Assembly: GCA_021799085.1 (NCBI GenBank)
Contig: JAJZBD010000005.1
Coordinates: forward strand, 4,498-68,497
DNA length: 64,000 bases
DNA from: Nanobdellota archaeon
Lineage (GTDB): Archaea; Nanobdellota; Nanobdellia; Parvarchaeales; Parvarchaeaceae
Direction: 5' to 3'
Under the pieces are notes generated by a model, which made no database searches, was not told the DNA's origin, and was given only the letters and a program-made list of their open reading frames with translations. Shown here piece by piece: positions 29,383 through 38,908 of the stretch. Made by a program: the position numbers and the translations under genes. Numbering within the stretch: the first letter of the stretch is position 1; the number at the start of each line of letters is the position of its first letter.

Positions 29383-29699
29383 CAAATATATTATATGTAA
29401 TGATAAATTCGATGATGCAGACAGACCCTTACATAGCATACTTATTCTTTGCAATGATAATAGCCGGCGTAGGGATAACCTACTTTTACAGAAAAGAAGT
29501 AGGATTCATAATAACTATAATAATTTCGATTATACTTGGTTATATGGACATACTTTATCCATTTATATATGTAATAACTGCAGTCTGTGCAGCGCTTCTT
29601 GTGCTCTCGCTGTTTGGGGGAGGGTCGATAACAAGGCCGATAAAAAACCTGGAAAGTTGGTTATATATAAAATTCATGTTAAAAAAACAGAAGAAGTAA
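29379..29699 (+). CDS. small hypothetical membrane protein
   Basis: 106 aa, 3 TM helices. Confidence 0.3.
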   Translation: MTNILYVMINSMMQTDPYIAYLFFAMIIAGVGITYFYRKEVGFIITIIISIILGYMDILYPFIYVITAVCAALLVLSLFGGGSITRPIKNLESWLYIKFMLKKQKK

Positions 29700-29770
29700 T
29701 GCATCGGCCGGGATTCGAACCCGGGTCTCCACCGTGGCAGGGTAGTGTCTTACCACTGGACTACCGATGC
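29700..29770 (-). tRNA. tRNA-Gly (anticodon GCC)
   Basis: GCATCGG acceptor, T-arm CCGGG-TTCGAAT-CCCGG. Anticodon stem CTACC/GGTGG with loop CTGCCAC. Confidence 0.85.
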
Positions 29771-29808
29771 TTGATACCATTTATTAATATGCCTCTTTTA
29801 TATATTTT

Positions 29809-30246
29809 ATGTATTTCGGAACGGAATTTAAAAAAGAGAATAATCAATGGAAGAAGTTTGAGAATGACACTGCAGACATATTTGAAAAATTCGATTATAC
29901 TGTAGACAGAGACATAAGATTCAAGACATATCGATGGTTTCAGATTGATTTTATAGCTCAAGACAACAGCAGAAGATTTTTTGTGGACTGCAAAAACCAT
30001 TCTTACATTCCGCCTGAGAAAGAAAAGGAATTCGTAAAAAGTCAACTTACGAGGGCTTACAATTTCATAGAGAAAAAAGGGGAAAAGAAGAAAAAGGATA
30101 TAATTCTGCTGGTTACCAAGAATAAAACCAATTCATTGCTTATGCATAAAGAAGGGGGTGAAAAGATACTTGCTGTGGATTTTTATTCGTTGCCAGCTCT
30201 TCTTAAAAACATAGACATTTATGAAGATGAACTTTACGTTTTCTAA
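29809..30246 (+). CDS. hypothetical protein with possible PD-(D/E)xK (restriction-endonuclease-like) core
   Basis: 145 aa; ...QIDFIAQDNSRRFFVDCKNH... fits a D...(D/E)xK pattern; immediately downstream of tRNA-Gly. Confidence 0.3.
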   Translation: MYFGTEFKKENNQWKKFENDTADIFEKFDYTVDRDIRFKTYRWFQIDFIAQDNSRRFFVDCKNHSYIPPEKEKEFVKSQLTRAYNFIEKKGEKKKKDIILLVTKNKTNSLLMHKEGGEKILAVDFYSLPALLKNIDIYEDELYVF

Positions 30247-30987
30247 TTACTCAAGTCTGTTTGCAAGAATAAACGACATCATTGCATCGGAATTTATCTC
30301 ATAATCCATTTTAAGGGGATAATTGTTTGAAAATGACAGCTTTATAGGCTTTTCAGGGTCGACTGCATACATGAACTTTGAAAGGTAGTCTATTGAATAT
30401 TTCGACCTTGTTGTAGATTCTGACTTCAAATCAAATATCTCTTTGTTATCGTTTATAGATAACTCCTGTGAAAACTCTTTTTCCTCGCTTTTTGAGCTTA
30501 TTATGAACCTCGGCCTGTCAACTGTAAAGTAGATTGAATCGTCAACTAGAGAGGCTGCTTTTACGGAATCCTTTATAAGTGAGCTCAAAACAGTTACCTC
30601 TGAAGTAAACTTGAGTTGGGGAACCTTCTGTGCTGTGTAATTCTCATCAATTAAAGGGATGCCAAAATGCTGCTTGTTCTTGCCGTTTATATCTATTATC
30701 AACCGATTCTTTGAGTCTGACATCTTTATTTTATCTTCTTTCTTTGCCAGCCTAAGTATCCCATTTAGATCATCCAATGAAACAGATATTTTTACAGGCT
30801 TTTCTATGTTGAAATTTGAAAAAATGGATCTTTTAGCCTCAAAAAGGACCATTGCTATATTGGCAGGATCCATTGCCTTTATCGCAAATCCCTCCTCATT
30901 AAAGTCTATGGAAACATCAGACATTAAACTGCCTATTGTATCCATCATCTTCTTAAAAACTTCTGCATCCTTGAATTCAGCTTCCAT
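30247..30987 (-). CDS. pcn: DNA polymerase sliding clamp PCNA
   Basis: 246 aa; N-terminal FKA..ADAFKKM-type start, two-domain length and charge pattern typical of PCNA. Confidence 0.75.
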   Translation of the reverse strand: MEAEFKDAEVFKKMMDTIGSLMSDVSIDFNEEGFAIKAMDPANIAMVLFEAKRSIFSNFNIEKPVKISVSLDDLNGILRLAKKEDKIKMSDSKNRLIIDINGKNKQHFGIPLIDENYTAQKVPQLKFTSEVTVLSSLIKDSVKAASLVDDSIYFTVDRPRFIISSKSEEKEFSQELSINDNKEIFDLKSESTTRSKYSIDYLSKFMYAVDPEKPIKLSFSNNYPLKMDYEINSDAMMSFILANRLE

Positions 30988-31312
30988 TGCTACTTAATAG
31001 ATCATTTCTTATTATTAAATACTTTTTATAATTGTTATAATCATTTATATTTATCTTTTCTGCTTTGTCTGCCCTGACCTCAAATGATGAATCTGCAGCA
31101 ATACTCCGTCCCGTAACAAGGACAAGTTCTGCCGGTTCTAACTTTACGTTTTCCTGATAATTTGGAAGACAAGTTATCTTTTGGCCACCATCTTCTACTT
31201 CAAACATACCTGTTTTATCATCAAAAGAAAGGACTTTTCCGACAAACCTGACCCTTGCACTGTCCTCTTTTATCCCCTTGATTTCAGTGTCATTTATTAC
31301 CTGGTTTTCCAT
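30977..31312 (-). CDS. hypothetical OB-fold-like protein (co-oriented with PCNA)
   Basis: 111 aa; beta-rich; overlaps PCNA start and upstream gene stop (operon). Confidence 0.3.
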   Translation of the reverse strand: MENQVINDTEIKGIKEDSARVRFVGKVLSFDDKTGMFEVEDGGQKITCLPNYQENVKLEPAELVLVTGRSIAADSSFEVRADKAEKININDYNNYKKYLIIRNDLLSSNGS

Positions 31313-31779
31313 TAACTGGTGGAGTTTACGACTGTTACATTTATAGGTATTACTTTATAATTTACGCAGTTAAGATAGCTTGCTGACAGATTTGCAATAA
31401 CCGAGTAATTTCCAGTTTTTGATGGCGAATAAACTCCAAAACTTGTGTACCCTTTTGCACTTGCATTTAGCTCCGTAGAATTGGCAACCCTAATGAAAAA
31501 TGGCACACTTCCTAAAGGCTTTACAGCCAAGGCAAGGTTTTCGGTTACATTGCCAGTATTATTTACCCCTATAGTGAAAAATGTATTGGTGTTTTCAGGC
31601 GCTTTTACACTCGTACTTGTAGCATAATTAAATCCGAGATTGACGGAATTGCAGTTTATAGCCTGAACTACTGGCGCTTTATAAACGGGGGAGGTCTTTC
31701 CAGCTGCAATAAACCCGATTAAAAACACTATTAACAAAGCAAGCAATAAATAATTCCTGATGCCTTTCATATTTATCAT
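31312..31779 (-). CDS. secreted/surface protein with multiple N-glycosylation sequons
   Basis: 155 aa; signal/anchor LLLALLIVFLIGFIAAG; >8 N-x-S/T sequons. Confidence 0.35.
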   Translation of the reverse strand: MINMKGIRNYLLLALLIVFLIGFIAAGKTSPVYKAPVVQAINCNSVNLGFNYATSTSVKAPENTNTFFTIGVNNTGNVTENLALAVKPLGSVPFFIRVANSTELNASAKGYTSFGVYSPSKTGNYSVIANLSASYLNCVNYKVIPINVTVVNSTS

Positions 31780-31790
31780 TTAATCTGGTA

Positions 31791-32456
31791 TTGATTGTTA
31801 ATAAGTGTTTCGATATGGTAGATATAAAGGAATTTAAGGATGTTTATCCCCCTGCTGAAGACAGCTTTCTCCTTTTAAGCGCAGTAAAATATGCGCATGG
31901 TGAAGTACTTGACATGTTTGCAGGCAGCGGCATAATAGGATTAAATGCTGCGAGAAAATCAGAAAGAGTTACATTTGTAGATATAAATCCAAATGCGATA
32001 AAGGCAATAAAATTCAACGCAAAAAGAAATAGGATTAAAAATTTTGAATGCATACTTTCAGATTTATTCTCTGCTCTTGATAATAAGAAATTTGACGTTA
32101 TATATGCAAATCCGCCTTACCTGCCTGAAAAGAAAGAAAGCAATTGGGTAAATCGTGCTTTAAGCGGCGGAAAGGAAGGGAGCGAACTGACAATAAAGCT
32201 GGTACATTCTCTAAAAGCGCATCTTAAAGAAGGGGGAAATGCATTTGTTATCCTGTCAAGTGTTTACAATACGGATAAAGTATATAAGGAGATAAAGCGT
32301 TTAAGACTTAGCTTTGAGAAGTTATCTTCAGTTAATTTTTTCTTCGAGGAGCTTATCCTTATAAAAATATATGACGAGAGCAGGAATAGCGGTAAATCAG
32401 GGCAGAATTATAGTGGCAGTAATCATAAACAACTCGGTCCAGGTACACAGAGTTAA
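31791..32456 (+). CDS. class I SAM methyltransferase, HemK/Mtq2-like (NPPY motif)
   Basis: DMFAGSGIIGLNAA (motif I) and YANPPY; C-terminal ~30 aa low-complexity tail overlaps the next ORF and may be read-through. Confidence 0.6.
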   Translation: MIVNKCFDMVDIKEFKDVYPPAEDSFLLLSAVKYAHGEVLDMFAGSGIIGLNAARKSERVTFVDINPNAIKAIKFNAKRNRIKNFECILSDLFSALDNKKFDVIYANPPYLPEKKESNWVNRALSGGKEGSELTIKLVHSLKAHLKEGGNAFVILSSVYNTDKVYKEIKRLRLSFEKLSSVNFFFEELILIKIYDESRNSGKSGQNYSGSNHKQLGPGTQS

Positions 32457-32697
32457 AAGCCTAAGCGAAGTTAAAGACATACTAAACACTGCAAAACCAA
32501 ACGTAGTTGGAGTGGATAAAAGCGCCGCAGAATTCTTTGAAGATCTTTCTTTTTCATTCAGCACAGTAAAAATTGACGGAGAGAAAGAAGACGATGGCCC
32601 CGTTAAATCGCTTACTATGTTAAGCATAACAAAGGACTCGGATAGGGGAGCTATAAACTCAGCGTATTATTCAAAAGAAGCTGAGAACAACGAGTAA
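32371..32697 (+). CDS. hypothetical protein
   Basis: 108 aa ORF overlapping the 3' end of the methyltransferase ORF in another frame; true start uncertain. Confidence 0.25.
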   Translation: MTRAGIAVNQGRIIVAVIINNSVQVHRVKSLSEVKDILNTAKPNVVGVDKSAAEFFEDLSFSFSTVKIDGEKEDDGPVKSLTMLSITKDSDRGAINSAYYSKEAENNE

Positions 32698-32698
32698 A

Positions 32699-33109
32699 TC
32701 AGGCTTTATTGTCTTGACCGCTTAATACTTCTCCTTTTTCAACCTTTACGAAATCAGGCACTACCAAGAGGTAATCCTCATCTACGCCTATTATCTGGGC
32801 CTCTGCAGCATCTGCACTTTTCTTTAATTTGGAAATCGTTCTTTTTAATTCGTCTACTCCGCCTTTTTCACGTATCTCCTTAACCTTTATGAAAGATAAA
32901 GTATAACCAGAACGGATGTCATTTAATATGGCACTGGCATCTTCAAATTTATTAAGATTATAGTATTTCACATATATCTTAGCCATCGGCTTATCGCCTT
33001 GTTCAACCTCCAGTTCAACGTAGTCGCTGCCCTGACTAGAGGAATCCACATTTACATTCTTCTTGAATATATTCAAGAAATTATCAAACGGAAGATTTAC
33101 CATGTTCAC
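32699..33109 (-). CDS. SepF-like (DUF552) cell-division protein
   Basis: 136 aa; C-terminal ...YNLNKFEDASAILNDIRSGYTLSFIKV...IIGVDEDYLLVVPDFVKV resembles SepF core. Confidence 0.4.
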   Translation of the reverse strand: MNMVNLPFDNFLNIFKKNVNVDSSSQGSDYVELEVEQGDKPMAKIYVKYYNLNKFEDASAILNDIRSGYTLSFIKVKEIREKGGVDELKRTISKLKKSADAAEAQIIGVDEDYLLVVPDFVKVEKGEVLSGQDNKA

Positions 33110-33203
33110 ACCTCACAACTTAATTTTAATGCTATAAGAAGATAAGCAAATTTTAGTATTTAAGTTTATCATTAAGCTTTTTGCATGAAATAACCAAAAG
33201 AAA

Positions 33204-33286
33204 TGCAGAGGGAGGGATTTGAACCCTCGAAGGCCTAAGCCATAAGGTCCTAAGCCTTACACGTTTGACCGCTTCGTTACCTCTGC
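33204..33286 (-). tRNA. tRNA-Leu, type II, anticodon UAG
   Basis: Identical to 6046..6128 except loop CTTAGGA (U34 instead of A34) and one D-stem base. Confidence 0.8.
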
Positions 33287-33290
33287 TAGG

Positions 33291-33746
33291 TTATTTTTTG
33301 ATTCTTTTAATGTCAACTACATCTCCAAATGACAGCTGCTCTGTGTCTTTTTTGAAAGTTGAGTCGGAAACAAAATTCATTTCATACAAGGATATGTTAA
33401 GTAATCTTTCAAGCCACACCGTTATTTTTTCATCCGGCAATATTTCGCCGTTAACTACCTTTTTCAGGTCTTTGGGAGAACAGTTTATCTTTTCTGCTAC
33501 CTCTTCAATTGAAAGCCCGCTTTCCTGCAATGAATGCTTTATTTCATTTAAATAATCATATTTCAACTGCCTTTCACTTTCCACAGTTCTCTGTACTTGT
33601 TTACTCGACTGAACATCTGTTCCAATTACCCTGCCATATTTTGAACAGTTTTTACAAAGGTTCATTACTGCCCCTTCTACTTCGGTCTTTAAAAGGTTCT
33701 CTTCAAACGCACCACATATCTCGCAATTCATTTTATAACACCTCAA
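33291..33746 (-). CDS. archaeal multiprotein-bridging factor 1 (aMBF1): N-terminal zinc ribbon + C-terminal XRE-type HTH
   Basis: CEICG...(17)...CKNCSKYG zinc ribbon; HTH LSIEEVAEKINCSPKDLKKVVNGEILP. Confidence 0.65.
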   Translation of the reverse strand: MRCYKMNCEICGAFEENLLKTEVEGAVMNLCKNCSKYGRVIGTDVQSSKQVQRTVESERQLKYDYLNEIKHSLQESGLSIEEVAEKINCSPKDLKKVVNGEILPDEKITVWLERLLNISLYEMNFVSDSTFKKDTEQLSFGDVVDIKRIKK

Positions 33747-35370
33747 TATATACCTCTGCCAATGAAACCGGCAGTTCTATTCCAAAAGAATTCATAACTC
33801 TAGGATGAAGTTCACCGGCGAACCCTATCTTTTTTTCATCGGCAAGTATGTTGTAAGCTCTCCCGTTTATAAATGTCTTGGCGTATTCCTTGTCTACATA
33901 ATTTGTGGATATGGCCTTGACAGAAAGGGCATCGGAAAGCACTTTCTTGATTATTGACAAAGTATCCGTTACATTTGCATCTTTTTCGCACGATACAAAT
34001 GAAAGTTTTAGCCTGTTTTCGAATATAACATCGGAACTCCCTCCCTGCACTATTTCCGACAATGAGAATATCTTCTGGGGAAATTTCTTGTGCAGATTGT
34101 TCGAAATAAGTCTTAATAACTCGGGAAAGACATACTTGCTGACCATAGTAACATCGCCGCTCTTAAGCTGCAGCAAACTTACATAGTCCTCTCCTTCGAT
34201 GAATGTGTTTGTAAATTGGTATTTTTCATTTGTAAGCGCGTTTATGTCTATTTCCTGATAGCCGAAACCCACGAGTATCTCTTTTATGTTCTGTATAAGA
34301 TAATGGTTGAACAGAAAACTGCCCTCGGTATAAGAATGCGGAACTTTTTCATTTATATTATCAACCCCAAAGGACCGCATTATATCATCAATTATGTCAA
34401 CTTGATGCATAACGTCCTGTCTATAAAAAGGCGGCTTGACAAAAATATCCTTTCCAAGCATTTTAATGCTATAATCCATCGCTGAAAGTATTTTTACTGC
34501 CTGCTCTTTTGCTATTCTTTTCCCTAGCAAGGATTCTATGGAATCCTCATTTAAATAAAAGCCATGCATTTCCAATGACAAATTAGTAGATATTGCATTG
34601 CTTTTGTATTTTGCTTCGATTATGGATACTTTACCAAGAAACTGGAAGTTGTATATTAATATTTTAGTCACTGCATTTACAGTTTCCTTGTCAGTTCCTG
34701 TTATGTCTATAAACAATTCTTTTGTATTTTCAGTTATAGAATAATTATCTGCGTTTATTATCGGCGGCATAGCAATTATGTTATTGCTACCATCAATCCA
34801 CACTATCGGTTTTTTGGGGATTAAATCCCTGTATTCTGTTGCCTGCTTGACTTCTTTCATTATCTGATTGTAGTTTTTTGAAGAAGAATCGCCAAGAGGT
34901 ATAAAGTTTACTTGCTCCTTTTGAATTTCACAGTATTTTATAGGGAATGATATTTTTCCATAGTCAAAAAACCCTATAGCAGATTTTTTCCGATTTCTTC
35001 CAACATTTCTGTCTAGCCTATCTTGGATAGCCAAAATCTCATTTAAGTCATCTCCAACTTTATCATCAAGAATTACATGTAGAACATTAACGAACTTTCT
35101 TTCGGTATTCTCAACTGAAACTCCAGGTTTTTCTATTCCAACCAAAAGGTTTCTTTTCATCTTTATTCCAAGTTGGCTGGCGAATACGTGTGCAAGCGAG
35201 TATTTTGAAACTATGTCTGTTCTATCTGAAGTAAGCTCAAAATTAAGCACATTCTCCCCTTCATCTAAATCCAATCCAAACTTAAGCGCTATCTTTTCAT
35301 AATCTGCAAGCTTCAATTTTTTCCCGATTGCTTTATTCATTTCATCAAGGCTATAATTTAGCATTACCAT
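33733..35370 (-). CDS. pheT: phenylalanyl-tRNA synthetase beta subunit (archaeal type)
   Basis: 545 aa; B3/4 and B5 domain order; directly downstream of pheS with overlap. Confidence 0.8.
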   Translation of the reverse strand: MVMLNYSLDEMNKAIGKKLKLADYEKIALKFGLDLDEGENVLNFELTSDRTDIVSKYSLAHVFASQLGIKMKRNLLVGIEKPGVSVENTERKFVNVLHVILDDKVGDDLNEILAIQDRLDRNVGRNRKKSAIGFFDYGKISFPIKYCEIQKEQVNFIPLGDSSSKNYNQIMKEVKQATEYRDLIPKKPIVWIDGSNNIIAMPPIINADNYSITENTKELFIDITGTDKETVNAVTKILIYNFQFLGKVSIIEAKYKSNAISTNLSLEMHGFYLNEDSIESLLGKRIAKEQAVKILSAMDYSIKMLGKDIFVKPPFYRQDVMHQVDIIDDIMRSFGVDNINEKVPHSYTEGSFLFNHYLIQNIKEILVGFGYQEIDINALTNEKYQFTNTFIEGEDYVSLLQLKSGDVTMVSKYVFPELLRLISNNLHKKFPQKIFSLSEIVQGGSSDVIFENRLKLSFVSCEKDANVTDTLSIIKKVLSDALSVKAISTNYVDKEYAKTFINGRAYNILADEKKIGFAGELHPRVMNSFGIELPVSLAEVYIEVL

Positions 35371-36897
35371 TTAAAACTCACCAAAGACCCTGGCAGATTC
35401 TATCTCTCTTAGGAGATCTAAGTCTGTATATGCGCCGTAAAGATCCCTAATATCCGCCATGCCAAGTTTTAGATTCAACATTCTTTCCATTCCAAAACCC
35501 CATGCCACTATGTTTTTGTTTATACCAAAGGGTTTAAGGGTTTCTGGTCTAAATACGCCCGAATTCCCCACTTCAAGCCACCTTTTAAGCTTGGGACTGA
35601 AAGCTTGTATCTCCAGACTGGGTTCTGTATAAGGATTGTAGGTCGGTTTAAGCCTTATTTTTTCTATCCCTATTTTTTTGTAGAATTGTTTTATGTAACC
35701 AATGAGATCAGAGACGGAAAGGTTGTCATCGTATACGACTCCCTCTATCTGATAAAGCTCCAGCAGATGGGTATTGTCCATTGTTTCATTCCTAAATCCT
35801 TTGTCAACTGAAAAAAACTTTGCAGGCTTATCCTTGTTTTTTGATATAAATTCATAGATATATCTAAAAGTTGTTGCGGTAGTATGCCCACGCATTATAA
35901 GCGAATCGCTCTTAGATTTATCAAACTTTCTCCTATATCCTATAGATTCATTGTACTTGGAAGAAAAAAACCCGTGCTCATAAACCTGCTTTACATTTTT
36001 GAGAAGCTTTGCCGGTATAACGGCCTTTCCTCCATTTAAGTAAACCGTGTCCTGTATGTCCCTATCAGGGTGATCTTGTCTGAACATCATAACATCAAAA
36101 TTCCAAAAGGTTGACTCAACGTAATTGCTGTGCATTTCAGAGAAGCCCATTGAAACCATTGCATCTTTTATCAATGAGATAAATTTGGTCTTCACATTCA
36201 TTTTGCCGGATAAAGAATCGAGTATCTCGGGCTTTTCGCTGTATTCCCTAAATCTCAACCCACTCCAATTTTTAATATTATTTGGAGAAAGTTTGTCTAT
36301 ATACTCTGCTTTGAATTCACTGTTTTTTAGCAATTTTATTCCTGCCGGAGTTATGGAGAATTTTTCCCTTATTTCGTTTACCTGCTCGATTATCCCGCGT
36401 CTTATAAGATCTGCTGTACCATCATAGTTTACATTCTGTTCTTTCTCCACTATTTGCAAAACTCTATTCTGCTCTTCGACTTTTGCAGATTTATCTGGAT
36501 TTACGGTTATTTTGCCGCCTTCGATATTTATTGCAAGCATTCTTTTTAGCACACCTATGGCTGCATTTAGCTCATCTTTTTCCATTGGAACGCTGGAAAA
36601 AAGCTGCTTATATTCCACCGTTTTATTGCGTTTTAGAAATTCGAATACATTGTATTCGGGAAGACCTTCCTTCAGATATTTATGCCCAAGGGAGGTAAGT
36701 CTGGTAGTATTTGCAGTTATGTTATCAATTTTTATCAAGCCCAAAGAAAAAAGTTTTCTTGCCGAGTTTATTACTGCCGCTCTCTCCAAGGCGTATTTTA
36801 GCTCTAATTCGCTTGAAAACATTTCCCCTTTTTCAAGAGCAGATAGAACAATCTTGTCAGTCTTGCTCAGCATTCTTATAATATCTTCTCCTTCCAT
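35371..36897 (-). CDS. pheS: phenylalanyl-tRNA synthetase alpha subunit
   Basis: 508 aa; class II motifs incl. FRPETLKPFGI... and GFGMERMLNLKLG (motif 3). Confidence 0.85.
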   Translation of the reverse strand: MEGEDIIRMLSKTDKIVLSALEKGEMFSSELELKYALERAAVINSARKLFSLGLIKIDNITANTTRLTSLGHKYLKEGLPEYNVFEFLKRNKTVEYKQLFSSVPMEKDELNAAIGVLKRMLAINIEGGKITVNPDKSAKVEEQNRVLQIVEKEQNVNYDGTADLIRRGIIEQVNEIREKFSITPAGIKLLKNSEFKAEYIDKLSPNNIKNWSGLRFREYSEKPEILDSLSGKMNVKTKFISLIKDAMVSMGFSEMHSNYVESTFWNFDVMMFRQDHPDRDIQDTVYLNGGKAVIPAKLLKNVKQVYEHGFFSSKYNESIGYRRKFDKSKSDSLIMRGHTTATTFRYIYEFISKNKDKPAKFFSVDKGFRNETMDNTHLLELYQIEGVVYDDNLSVSDLIGYIKQFYKKIGIEKIRLKPTYNPYTEPSLEIQAFSPKLKRWLEVGNSGVFRPETLKPFGINKNIVAWGFGMERMLNLKLGMADIRDLYGAYTDLDLLREIESARVFGEF

Positions 36898-36924
36898 CTA
36901 CGATAAAAATAAATCTTGTATAAA

Positions 36925-38298
36925 TTAAAAGGTTTTAATTAAGCCTTTTTCAACAATCTTTTTGGCAAGGTAAGGTCCGGAGGCATAAAGTCCTGAGAAC
37001 TTTGATTCTATTAACCCCCCATATATAGCTTCGTTCACAGGAAATGTTACAGAGAACATCGGATTGAAGCTGTAATTGAACGATTCCTTTACAAAACGCG
37101 GAAGATTTAATTTCTCGAGTTCAGAAAGAAAATCTGTATTGGACTTAAATTTTCTAGCGAGGGCAGAAATTGCCGATTCTAGCCTGTTAACTGAAAGGAA
37201 AAGGTCATAGCCTTCTAATGGAAAATCATTCTTCATAGAATCCATGGCCTTTTCGGCATAGTAGCTTGCCATTTGCTCTGTAGTTGCGCCTGCTCCATGC
37301 GCTAACTCATGAAAAAGCGCAAAAAGATACTCTGGGACGGCATTTAATCTTTCTGTGTTCAGGAAAACCGGGCTGTATGAATTCTTTTTTATAAGCTTGC
37401 CCAAAAGCGAATTATAAATCAAAGTAAATCCGCCAACGCCCTTTGGAGAGTGATGAATGATCAACTTGTAATTTATCCTTTTTTTAAGTACATTAGAAAT
37501 GTAGGGTAGCATTGATTTTTCATATTTTCTTAAGCTTTCCTCTGAACCGCTTGCACTAGCATATGCCCTGCTAGAAGACAGCATGTAAATTGCATTTATG
37601 TTCTCTAAAGACGGTTCTATCTTCGAGCTAAATAACGCTTTATTGTAATGTTCAAATGTTTTCTTGAATTCTCTGCTGTACTTTTTAATGTCATCTTCTA
37701 TTTCTTCTATCGTCAGTTTTTTAGGGTTGAATAGCCTAGAAGTTCCCCCCACTATAAAAGCAATTGACAAAGCAGATATCAATCCAGTTATTATTGGCAC
37801 CTGTACAAGGGATGGCCAATTTACCATGAATTCCTCGGCAAAAAGGCTTGCAAATGGAAGGTGCAGTGAATATGAGAAATACACTGTTTCGCCAATAAAT
37901 GTCGCAAGCCCGGCGACGCCCCCGATGAGCGTTCCCATCGAAGTTGTTGATATAAAGTGACTGTTTGTCTTCCCTAGAATATAATCGTATGCTTTTGCAA
38001 CAAATTTTGCAGGAGACAAAAGTATTCTTGATAAAATGTGCTTCTGTTTAATATCTGGATTATTTATATAGTCATTGCTGCCATAATCATCCCAGTAATC
38101 AAGAACACTCCTTAAGTACCTTTCCAAACCCTCTTTGCCGTATTTTTGGTATATAAAATCTTTTTTAAGTTTTTTGACGGCATTTACTGTAGATTTGTCT
38201 GTGTTGTCTTTTAATATGCGGTTTATGGACTTGTTATCGCCCGAGTCTAGACTTGATAAAATAGAATACAGTTTCGACCTGTTTTCAACAGAGCCCAT
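36925..38298 (-). CDS. hypothetical membrane-associated protein with HExxH motif
   Basis: 457 aa; cytoplasmic N-domain, 2-3 central TM helices, C-domain with ALFHELAHGAG. Confidence 0.35.
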   Translation of the reverse strand: MGSVENRSKLYSILSSLDSGDNKSINRILKDNTDKSTVNAVKKLKKDFIYQKYGKEGLERYLRSVLDYWDDYGSNDYINNPDIKQKHILSRILLSPAKFVAKAYDYILGKTNSHFISTTSMGTLIGGVAGLATFIGETVYFSYSLHLPFASLFAEEFMVNWPSLVQVPIITGLISALSIAFIVGGTSRLFNPKKLTIEEIEDDIKKYSREFKKTFEHYNKALFSSKIEPSLENINAIYMLSSSRAYASASGSEESLRKYEKSMLPYISNVLKKRINYKLIIHHSPKGVGGFTLIYNSLLGKLIKKNSYSPVFLNTERLNAVPEYLFALFHELAHGAGATTEQMASYYAEKAMDSMKNDFPLEGYDLFLSVNRLESAISALARKFKSNTDFLSELEKLNLPRFVKESFNYSFNPMFSVTFPVNEAIYGGLIESKFSGLYASGPYLAKKIVEKGLIKTF

Positions 38299-38350
38299 CT
38301 TATTTTATGGTTGATATCAATATAAATATATTAAAAATTTTCATAACCTA

Positions 38351-38908
38351 ATGATAATAGCAATATCCGGCACACCTGGAACGGGCAAACACACTCTAGC
38401 AAAAGCACTTGCAAGAAAAATCAATTATAAGATACTGGATTTAAACCAAATCCTTAAAAAGGGGAAGAAAGAACGGGAAGTAACACTTGAAGAGGTAAAT
38501 AAAGCATTTAAAAAGAATAAAAAAGACAATTTACTTGTAGTTTCCCATTTGTCCCATTTTATAAAATCAAAAGACATAAGTTTTGTTATTGTGCTTAGAA
38601 CGGATCCTATAATACTCATAAAAAGACTCGAAAAAAGACGATACAAAAAAGAAAAAATCTATGATAATGCCATTTTTGAGGCAATGAATGGAACCTATGC
38701 AGAGGCATTGCAAATGAAAAGGAAAGTTTTTCAGGTAGACAACACAAAGAACATAAACAATACTGTAAAAAAGGCTATGTTAATAATCGCTGGAAAGGGA
38801 AAGGGAGAAAAAGTTGATTTTTCAGGTAAGATACTGAAAGTAGAAAAATGTTTAAATAAAATGAAATTATACAATAAAAATGGAAATAAAAGAGATAAAA
38901 GCGCTTAA
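38351..38908 (+). CDS. Fap7/AK6-like adenylate kinase (archaeal 'putative adenylate kinase')
   Basis: 185 aa; MIIAISGTPGTGKHTLAKALA P-loop at extreme N-terminus, typical of Fap7 homologues. Confidence 0.6.
   Translation: MIIAISGTPGTGKHTLAKALARKINYKILDLNQILKKGKKEREVTLEEVNKAFKKNKKDNLLVVSHLSHFIKSKDISFVIVLRTDPIILIKRLEKRRYKKEKIYDNAIFEAMNGTYAEALQMKRKVFQVDNTKNINNTVKKAMLIIAGKGKGEKVDFSGKILKVEKCLNKMKLYNKNGNKRDKSA

Noticed and set aside
31791-32456. Possible programmed frameshift joining the HemK-like methyltransferase to the overlapping downstream ORF
   Set aside because: The methyltransferase domain is complete before the overlap, and the tail is low-complexity. Simple read-through of a non-conserved 3' extension is more parsimonious. 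Cannot be resolved without comparative data.
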